This document shows positions 31,996 through 38,327 of a stretch of 38,327 nucleotides of DNA, one piece after another; position 1 is the first letter of the stretch; every line of letters begins with the position of its first letter. A program made the translations under genes and the position numbers. Source of the DNA: Candidatus Spechtbacterales bacterium (GTDB lineage Bacteria; Patescibacteriota; Minisyncoccia; Spechtbacterales; 2-12-FULL-38-22); NCBI GenBank assembly GCA_033721955.1, contig JAWVZY010000001.1, positions 1 to 38,327 on the forward strand, given 5' to 3'. The notes under the pieces are model-generated. The model was not told the DNA's origin and searched no databases. It saw nothing but the letters and a program-made list of their open reading frames with translations.

Positions 31996-32514
31996 ATGCA
32001 AATTTTTACTAAGAAATCAAAAGGTTTTACGCTTATTGAGCTTTTGGTTGTTATTGCCATTATTGGTATTTTAGCAACTATTGTGCTTGTATCCTTGAAT
32101 GATGCACGTGAAAAAGCTCGTGATACAAAGCGAGTAGGCGATCTTCGCCAGGCGCAAATAGCGCTTGAGGTGTTTCTTGATGATAATGCCGGGGGATATC
32201 CTACTGGTGCGGATGATGGCTGTACAACTGGAAATGCTGACACCATGTTCACAGCTGTTGGCATGAATGGTTTTGCTGACCCTCTCAACTCGGCGCCTTA
32301 TCAGTATACCTATGACTCTGATGGTACAAATACAGCCGGAACAGACGATGCAACAGATTACGTAATTATGGTTCAATTAGAAGGAGACACTCATCAGGCA
32401 TTGGTAAGTGATTTGGACGGTAGTATTGATTTTGCGCCTGCGGGTGCAGCTTGTGATTGTGGAACTAACGATGATGTGGCAGGTAATACGCCTGTTTACT
32501 GCGTTGGCCCATAG
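31996..32514 (+). CDS. Type IV major pilin (prepilin with class III signal peptide)
   Basis: MQIFTKKSKG|FTLIELLVVIAIIGILA has Gly-1, Phe+1 and Glu+5. Cysteines lie near the C-terminus. The gene has its own terminator. Confidence 0.88.
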   Translation: MQIFTKKSKGFTLIELLVVIAIIGILATIVLVSLNDAREKARDTKRVGDLRQAQIALEVFLDDNAGGYPTGADDGCTTGNADTMFTAVGMNGFADPLNSAPYQYTYDSDGTNTAGTDDATDYVIMVQLEGDTHQALVSDLDGSIDFAPAGAACDCGTNDDVAGNTPVYCVGP

Positions 32515-32534
32515 TTAGCAGCGGCAAATCAAAC

Positions 32535-32566
32535 AAAAATTCCCCCATATGGGGGAATTTTTGTTT
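32535..32566 (+). terminator. Intrinsic terminator after the pilin gene
   Basis: aaaaattccccc-atat-gggggaattttt followed by gttt. Confidence 0.8.
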
Positions 32567-32593
32567 GACCATATATGTTAAAATAAGTGTATA

Positions 32594-33427
32594 ATGCAAA
32601 CTTTAATCTATATCATTACAGGGGGATTCGGTCTTATTGTGGGCAGTTTTTTAAATGCTGTTATATACCGTCTTTATTTAAGTGAATCAGCTTTTCGTGG
32701 GCGCTCACATTGCCCCTACTGCAATAAAACATTAAAGTGGTATGAACTTGTACCGGTTTTTAGTTTTATCGTTCAAAGAGGCAGATGCCGTTCATGTGCT
32801 CATGTTATTTCGTGGCAGTACCCGCTAGTTGAGCTGGCAACAGGCGGTCTATTTATATTTTTAATTTCAAACTCTCAATTTCAAATTTTTAATGAATTTT
32901 TGCCTGCTCAAACATTTAAACTCTTATTTATGGCCTTTATTGGTTCGGGTTTGATAGTGATATTTGCTTATGATCTAAAACACTACATAATACCCGATAG
33001 AGTTCTTATTCCCTTAATCAGCGCCACCTTGTTAGCAGAGATATTTGGTATTTGGGATTTGAATTTTATATGGAACTTCGAACTTGGGATCTTTCATTTT
33101 GGGAATGTTTTTAATGGATTAGCACTGGGGGTACTTTCAGCTCTTCCTTTTGCCGCTATACACTTTATTTCGAAGGGGCGCGCTATGGGCTTTGGCGATG
33201 TGAAGCTGTCTTTTTTCATGGGTATTTTATTGGGGTATCCTGCGGTTATAGTCGCCATGTTTATAGCTTTTGTGCTCGGTGCTATAATAGGTATAGGGCT
33301 TATGGTGGCTGGCAAAAAATCGCTTCAGAGCAAGGTTCCTTTCGGCCCCTTTTTAATATTAGGCGTATTTTTGGCATTATTTTGGAGCGAGGAGCTTATA
33401 GTATTTTATTTTAATCTGTTGCTTTAA
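32594..33427 (+). CDS. pilD: Prepilin peptidase PilD (A24 family)
   Basis: N-terminal CPYC...CRSC zinc motif, catalytic Asp contexts AYDLKHYIIPD and GFGDVKL, and a polytopic membrane profile. Confidence 0.9.
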   Translation: MQTLIYIITGGFGLIVGSFLNAVIYRLYLSESAFRGRSHCPYCNKTLKWYELVPVFSFIVQRGRCRSCAHVISWQYPLVELATGGLFIFLISNSQFQIFNEFLPAQTFKLLFMAFIGSGLIVIFAYDLKHYIIPDRVLIPLISATLLAEIFGIWDLNFIWNFELGIFHFGNVFNGLALGVLSALPFAAIHFISKGRAMGFGDVKLSFFMGILLGYPAVIVAMFIAFVLGAIIGIGLMVAGKKSLQSKVPFGPFLILGVFLALFWSEELIVFYFNLLL

Positions 33428-33432
33428 TTTTT

Positions 33433-34047
33433 ATGAAAAAGTTTAAATTTAATAATTTAGGATTTACATTAGTGGAGTTGCTGGTAGCAATGTCTGTTAT
33501 AGCAATAATAAGTTCTGTTGTGATATTTAATGCCAGGCCTGGTGAGAGAAATTTAGCTCTTCAACGTTCAGCTCAGAATGTTTTGCAAGCTATTAATCAG
33601 GCAGCAAATAATGCTCTCGGAGGCAAGAGGCATGATGCCACCAATCAATCCCCAACAATAAGCCAGGGTGGCTATGGTGTGCATTTTGAGGATGGAGCGA
33701 GTGTTTTAACTATTTTTGCCGACTGTAACCAGAACCAGACCTTAGATATTAGCGGTACAGCGCCTTCTTGCATAGAGGCACCAACAGAGGGGCCTTATCC
33801 TGAGGAATTTGAAGCTTTGCCCCTTGAGAATTTTATTGAAATTAACAGAATAGAATTTACAGGTACAGGTAGCCCCATTACTCCTCTTGATGTTGTGTTT
33901 ATTCCTCCCGACGGAGATATTTTAATGAATCCTGCCCCTCCTCCGGGTTCTGATGAGGCAATGATAGAAATAATAAATACGGTGGAAGGAGATACAATTC
34001 AGATATATATAAATAAAGCGGGCGCGACCCGTGTGGTGATACCATAA
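33433..34047 (+). CDS. Minor pilin (GspH/FimT-like prepilin)
   Basis: Prepilin motif NNLG|FTLVELLVAMSVIAII. Confidence 0.75.
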   Translation: MKKFKFNNLGFTLVELLVAMSVIAIISSVVIFNARPGERNLALQRSAQNVLQAINQAANNALGGKRHDATNQSPTISQGGYGVHFEDGASVLTIFADCNQNQTLDISGTAPSCIEAPTEGPYPEEFEALPLENFIEINRIEFTGTGSPITPLDVVFIPPDGDILMNPAPPPGSDEAMIEIINTVEGDTIQIYINKAGATRVVIP

Positions 34048-34049
34048 TT

Positions 34050-34562
34050 ATGAAAAAAGGTTTTACACTTTTGGAAGTTATTGTGGCTGTGGGCGTTTTG
34101 CTTATGGCCGTTTCTGCTTCAGCCGGCCTTGTTTTAGACAGCTTGCAGAGCGTAAACAGAGCCCAAAATAGAGTAATTGCTGCTTATTTAGCACAAGAGG
34201 CAATTGAGGTAACCCGCAATATTCGCGATACAAATTGGATAGAGGGTGTCGGTTTTTCAGATGGCTTGAATCCGGGAGCATCTGATCAGTGTGTAGATTA
34301 TGACGCTCCAGGAGATACTTTAGTTAATCCTTGCTCAAACCATGCTCTTTATTGGGATAGAACACCTGGCGTTTATACCCACGATAGCGGGGGGAATAAT
34401 GAACTTACAATTTTTGAGCGCAGGATAAATGTGCAATCAATAAATAATCCTGAAACACCAATAGGAGTAGATGATATTTTACAGGTGCAGGCAACTGTGA
34501 GCTGGCTTGGGCCCGATTCCGGCTCTATAACAGTTGAAACTCGCTTGTATGACTGGAGATAA
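34050..34562 (+). CDS. Minor pilin (PilV-like prepilin)
   Basis: Prepilin motif MKKG|FTLLEVIVAVGVLL. Confidence 0.75.
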   Translation: MKKGFTLLEVIVAVGVLLMAVSASAGLVLDSLQSVNRAQNRVIAAYLAQEAIEVTRNIRDTNWIEGVGFSDGLNPGASDQCVDYDAPGDTLVNPCSNHALYWDRTPGVYTHDSGGNNELTIFERRINVQSINNPETPIGVDDILQVQATVSWLGPDSGSITVETRLYDWR

Positions 34563-34575
34563 TCTGAAGTATTAT

Positions 34576-35157
34576 ATGCATAATAAAAATAAACAAAAAT
34601 CAAGCGGATATACCATTGTAGAGACCTTAATTGCTATGAGCATTTTTGTTATTGTAGCGGTTTTGGGTGTGCAGTCTTTCTTAAATGCTCTTCATGCTCA
34701 GCGAATAGTTATTATGGAGCAAACTGTAGCACAGAATGTGAGTTTTGCTCTTGAGTTTATGAGCAGGCAGATGCGTACTGCAGTTAAAAGCAGTCAATCT
34801 CCTGATGATGATTGTCTACCTTTCGGCAGTACATTTAACGCTAATCCGCCTTCAATAATATTTTTAAATGATGACGGTGAATGTATCGAGTTTCGAACTC
34901 AAGGCGGCCGGCTTTTGTATACATCAGATGCCACAGTTCCACTGGGTACAAGAGAATATATAGAACTCATTTCAAGTGGTTTGGTTGCTATAGACACTTA
35001 CGATATTATTGTATCGGGACAGACGGATGCAGATAACATGCAGCCGAAGGTAACAACAATCCTTGAAGCCAGCGGCGTGCCACAGACGCCAAAAGACCCT
35101 CAAAATGTGGTAATAAGGGCTCAAACAACAATATCTACAAGGTTATTGGATATATAA
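34576..35157 (+). CDS. Minor pilin (PilW-like prepilin)
   Basis: Prepilin motif KSSG|YTIVETLIAMSIFVIV. The start is taken at ATG 34576, after the stop of the preceding gene. Confidence 0.7.
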   Translation: MHNKNKQKSSGYTIVETLIAMSIFVIVAVLGVQSFLNALHAQRIVIMEQTVAQNVSFALEFMSRQMRTAVKSSQSPDDDCLPFGSTFNANPPSIIFLNDDGECIEFRTQGGRLLYTSDATVPLGTREYIELISSGLVAIDTYDIIVSGQTDADNMQPKVTTILEASGVPQTPKDPQNVVIRAQTTISTRLLDI

Positions 35158-35159
35158 AA

Positions 35160-35561
35160 ATGAATAAATTTAGAGAACAAGACGGTATAACCCTATATAT
35201 GGCACTTTTAATGCTTAGCGTTATTGTATCTATTGCTTTGGGTATAAGTAGTTTAATGCTTAGAGAGCTGTATACAGTCAAAGATATAGGGAGTTTTGTA
35301 GTTGATATATATGCAGCTGATGCCGGAGTAGAGAGGACGTTGTATAAAATACGCCAGACACCTGATTTTGGCAGTTGCCAGTCAACTAGTGATTGTATTG
35401 TTACTTCTCAGGATATGGGTGTTGCCTCTTTCATTAATAATGCTCAATACAGAACAACTACATTAGATGGAGGTGTGCTGTGGTGCACAGGAACATTTAA
35501 ATGCATCCGTTCACTGGGTTCTTTGTTTGATACAAGCCGTGCTTTTGAGCTTAGTTTTTAA
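35160..35561 (+). CDS. PilX-like pilus protein (hydrophobic N-terminus without Glu+5)
   Basis: DGITLYMALLMLSVIVSIALG N-terminus; last gene of the minor-pilin run. Confidence 0.55.
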   Translation: MNKFREQDGITLYMALLMLSVIVSIALGISSLMLRELYTVKDIGSFVVDIYAADAGVERTLYKIRQTPDFGSCQSTSDCIVTSQDMGVASFINNAQYRTTTLDGGVLWCTGTFKCIRSLGSLFDTSRAFELSF

Positions 35562-35563
35562 AT

Positions 35564-37606
35564 ATGCCGGAAAATTTAAATAAAACTCAGGCAAAAAAAA
35601 GAATAGAAAAGTTAAAAAAGGTGATAAAACATCACCGCTATTTATATCATGTGCTTGATAGCCCCGAAATATCGGATGCAGCCCTTGATTCACTTAAATA
35701 TGAACTCAAAGAACTTGAAGATGAATATCCGGACCTTGTAACTTCTGACTCACCCACTCAGCGAGTAGGGGGTGAGGCGCTTGATAAATTTGAAAAGGCC
35801 GAACATTCAAAGCCGATGCTCTCCATTGAGGATATATTTGATCGCGAAGAGCTAGATTCATGGGAGTCATATATAAAAAAACTTGCAGAGCAGGATTTTT
35901 CTTATTTTTGTGAAGTAAAAGTGGATGGCCTTGCTTTAGCTCTTAGGTATGAGGAGGGAGTATTATCTAAGGCAATAACGCGGGGAAATGGGCGCATAGG
36001 GGAAGATGTTACAAGTAATGCCAAAACAATTGAAAGCATTCCCTTGGGATTGAAATTTCATGAGGATATAAAAGATAGTTCCTTGCAAAAAAATATAGAA
36101 AATATTATAAACAGTGGGATATTTGAGATTAGGGGAGAGGTTTATATAGCAAAAGAAGATTTCGAGCAATTTAATAGTGAAAAAGAAAAAAAAGGAGAGG
36201 ATACTTATGCAAATCCGCGTAATTTAGCTGCCGGCTCCGTGCGACAGCTTGACCCTAAGCTCGCCGCCTCGCGTCCGCTTAATTTTATCGCTTACGATAT
36301 AGTAACTGACATAGATACAGAGCTGCACTCTATCGAGCATGATATAATGCATGCCCTTGGATTTAAGACCGACCCCACAGCTAAAAAATGTAAAAATACA
36401 GATCAGGTTTATAAATATTGGCAAAACATTAGTGACAAAAGGGATAAGTTGCCTTATCAAATTGACGGTGTTGTTATATCTGTTGATCAAAATAAAATAT
36501 TTGACAATTTAGGGGTTGCCGGAAAGAGCCCCAGGGGCATACGCGCCTTTAAGTTTGCTGCAAAACAGGCAACAACCGTTGTAGAAGATATAAGAGTGCA
36601 TGTTGGCAGAACAGGAGCTGTGACGCCTCTTGCTGTTTTGAGGCCTGTACAGATAGGGGGTGTTACTGTAAGTCGTGCGACTTTGCATAATTTTGAAGAG
36701 GTGGAAAGATTGGATGTACGTGTAGGCGATACTATTATACTTGAGCGTGCCGGAGATGTAATACCAAAGGTAGTTGAGGTAGTCGGGGATTTACGCCCCA
36801 ATAATGCTAAAAAAATAAAACCTCCCAAAAAATGCCCTAAGTGCAATACACTATTAGAGAAAAAAGAAGGAGAGGCAATACTTTATTGTCCAAATCCCGA
36901 ATGCGAATCAAGAAAGGAAGAGCATTTATATTATTTTGTATCTCGCCCTGCTTTTGATATAGAGGGTCTCGGCCCGAAAATAATAGATAAGTTATTGGAG
37001 GAGGAATTAATTACAGGCCCCGAAGATATTTTTACGCTCAAAAAAGGCGATTTGGTGCCTTTAGAGCGATTTGCCGAAAGGTCTGCTCAAAACATTATAG
37101 ATTCTATAGAAAATAGCAAAGAGATACCCTTTGCGCGCTTTATTGCAGCTCTTAATATACGTCACGTAGGAGGCGAGACAGCTATTGATCTTGCCCGCCA
37201 CTTCAAAAATATCAAAAATCTACAAAACAGTTCATTGGAGGAATTAAAATCCATAGATGGCATTGGAGAAAAAGTCGCCAAAAGCATATATGATTGGTTT
37301 GGGCAAAAAGAAAATAAAGAGTTTATTGAGAAGTTATTAAAAGCGGGAGTAAAAATAGTGCCTCCTGAAGGAGTAGGTAATAAACTGGATGGCCTGACCT
37401 TTGTATTTACCGGCTCTTTGAATAATTTTACAAGAGAGGAGGCAGAGAATAAAGTGAGAGCGCTTGGGGGTAATCCTTCTGGCTCTATATCAAAAAACAC
37501 AGATTATCTTGTTGCCGGAGAAGGAGGGGGTTCAAAATATAATAAAGCAAAAAAACTAGGTGTTAAAATAGTAAACGAACAAGAATTTTTAAAGCTTGTA
37601 AAATGA
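35564..37606 (+). CDS. ligA: NAD-dependent DNA ligase LigA
   Basis: Adenylation lysine context CEVKVDG, a Zn-finger CPKC...CPNPEC, HhH repeats and a C-terminal BRCT (FVFTGSL). Confidence 0.95.
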   Translation: MPENLNKTQAKKRIEKLKKVIKHHRYLYHVLDSPEISDAALDSLKYELKELEDEYPDLVTSDSPTQRVGGEALDKFEKAEHSKPMLSIEDIFDREELDSWESYIKKLAEQDFSYFCEVKVDGLALALRYEEGVLSKAITRGNGRIGEDVTSNAKTIESIPLGLKFHEDIKDSSLQKNIENIINSGIFEIRGEVYIAKEDFEQFNSEKEKKGEDTYANPRNLAAGSVRQLDPKLAASRPLNFIAYDIVTDIDTELHSIEHDIMHALGFKTDPTAKKCKNTDQVYKYWQNISDKRDKLPYQIDGVVISVDQNKIFDNLGVAGKSPRGIRAFKFAAKQATTVVEDIRVHVGRTGAVTPLAVLRPVQIGGVTVSRATLHNFEEVERLDVRVGDTIILERAGDVIPKVVEVVGDLRPNNAKKIKPPKKCPKCNTLLEKKEGEAILYCPNPECESRKEEHLYYFVSRPAFDIEGLGPKIIDKLLEEELITGPEDIFTLKKGDLVPLERFAERSAQNIIDSIENSKEIPFARFIAALNIRHVGGETAIDLARHFKNIKNLQNSSLEELKSIDGIGEKVAKSIYDWFGQKENKEFIEKLLKAGVKIVPPEGVGNKLDGLTFVFTGSLNNFTREEAENKVRALGGNPSGSISKNTDYLVAGEGGGSKYNKAKKLGVKIVNEQEFLKLVK

Positions 37607-37765
37607 AATTTATACCACAACACGCTATCCGATTTAATGGTATAACATCATTATATAGTTTTAAGGGGCTAAAAAAGAATATCAAATTGTGATAGAATTA
37701 AATCCGCAGGACATTAAAGCCAGAGAGAAAATTAAACAATTACAAAATGTAGAGGAAAATTAATT

Positions 37766-38071
37766 ATGAAGCTCACAAAAGAAGAAGTTAAAAAAATAGC
37801 TGACTTGGCGAGATTGGAAATATCTGATGAAAAACTAGAGTATTATACCGAGGAATTATCGGCAGTTTTAGATTATGTCGAGCAATTGAACGAGCTTGAT
37901 ACTGAGGATGTGGAGCCAATGGCTCAGGCAACGGAATTATACACCGTTTATAGGGAAGATATACAGGCGCCCGGAGAACGTAGTAATCTGGTGAAAAAGC
38001 TTATGAGTGCTGCGTCAATGATTAAAGGCGGTTTTATAAGTGTAAGATCAGTATTTAATAAAAAAGATTGA
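37766..38071 (+). CDS. gatC: Asp/Glu-tRNA amidotransferase subunit C
   Basis: MKLTKEEVKKIADLARLEISDEKLEYYTEELSAVLDYVEQL is typical of GatC, and the gene is followed by gatA. Confidence 0.9.
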   Translation: MKLTKEEVKKIADLARLEISDEKLEYYTEELSAVLDYVEQLNELDTEDVEPMAQATELYTVYREDIQAPGERSNLVKKLMSAASMIKGGFISVRSVFNKKD

Positions 38072-38327
38072 TGACATTAACTGAAATAATAAAAAAACTT
38101 CAAGGTGGCGATATTTCAAGCGCTGAGCTTGTAGATATTTATTTGGGGAGAATAAAGGAAAAAGATAATGATATAAGTAGTTTTTTGTCTATAAACGAAA
38201 AAAACGCCAAGATGCAGGCAAAGCATGCTGATGAGCAGATGGATGTAAAAAATTCTAACCCCCTTCATGGAATTCCCTATGCTCTAAAAGATAATATTTT
38301 AGCACGTGATCTTCCCGCAACCGCTGG
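38071..38327 (+). CDS. gatA: Asp/Glu-tRNA amidotransferase subunit A (5' part, runs off the window)
   Basis: My own translation gives MTLTEIIKKLQGGDISSAELVDIYLGRIKEKDNDISSFLSI...PLHGIPYALKDNI, a GatA/amidase N-terminus. The ATG overlaps the gatC TGA by 1 nt. This ORF is not in the ORF track because it is open-ended. Confidence 0.85.
   Translation, partial: MTLTEIIKKLQGGDISSAELVDIYLGRIKEKDNDISSFLSINEKNAKMQAKHADEQMDVKNSNPLHGIPYALKDNILARDLPATA

Noticed and set aside
37689-37763. 24-codon GTG ORF (VIELNPQDIKAREKIKQLQNVEEN) just upstream of gatC
   Set aside because: It has no SD, a weak start codon and no recognisable family. It is probably just the gatC leader.

Overview
AT-rich bacterial chromosomal window read with the standard genetic code (long ORFs end at TAA, TAG or TGA). 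Strong AAAGGAGG Shine-Dalgarno sites precede many genes, and most transcription units end in clean hairpin plus T-run terminators. The gene content suggests a small-genome, monoderm-type lineage such as Patescibacteria/CPR. The cues are a compact type IV pilus locus with no secretin, a short ATP synthase epsilon, ComFC, and nucleoside-salvage-like genes. This placement is inference, not proof.

Order of content:
- F1 ATP synthase genes atpA (5' partial), atpG, atpD and atpC, with two copies of an unclassified structured element in the atpA|atpG and atpD|atpC spacers.
- Convergent tsaD, preceded by tRNA-Glu whose CCA end overlaps the tsaD ATG.
- A five-gene block: a stand-alone Clp/Hsp100-D2-like AAA+ gene, PrkA, a YeaH/YhbH-type (DUF444, vWA) gene, SpoVR, and a second divergent PrkA-like gene.
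- A processive family-2 glycosyltransferase, a small orphan ORF and recG.
- A tRNA locus: Ser-UGA, a tRNA-Ser 3' fragment fused to a non-tRNA hairpin body, Ser-GCU and Arg-GCG.
- A small module of a nucleoside 2-deoxyribosyltransferase-like gene, a small membrane protein and an ASCH protein.
- comFC and a clpC-like gene.
- A type IV pilus locus: pilM, pilN-like, pilO-like, a bitopic acidic protein, pilB, a CheY-like receiver, pilT, pilC, the major pilin, pilD and four minor or PilX-like pilins.
- ligA, gatC and the 5' end of gatA.

I saw no CRISPR array, transposase, integrase or rRNA.

The items most worth follow-up are:
- the covarying structured element inside the atp operon;
- the expanded PrkA/YeaH/SpoVR block with two extra AAA+ genes;
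- the tRNA-Glu/tsaD 1-nt overlap;
- the tRNA-Ser-derived pseudo-unit;
- the bacterial tRNA-Arg with anticodon GCG.
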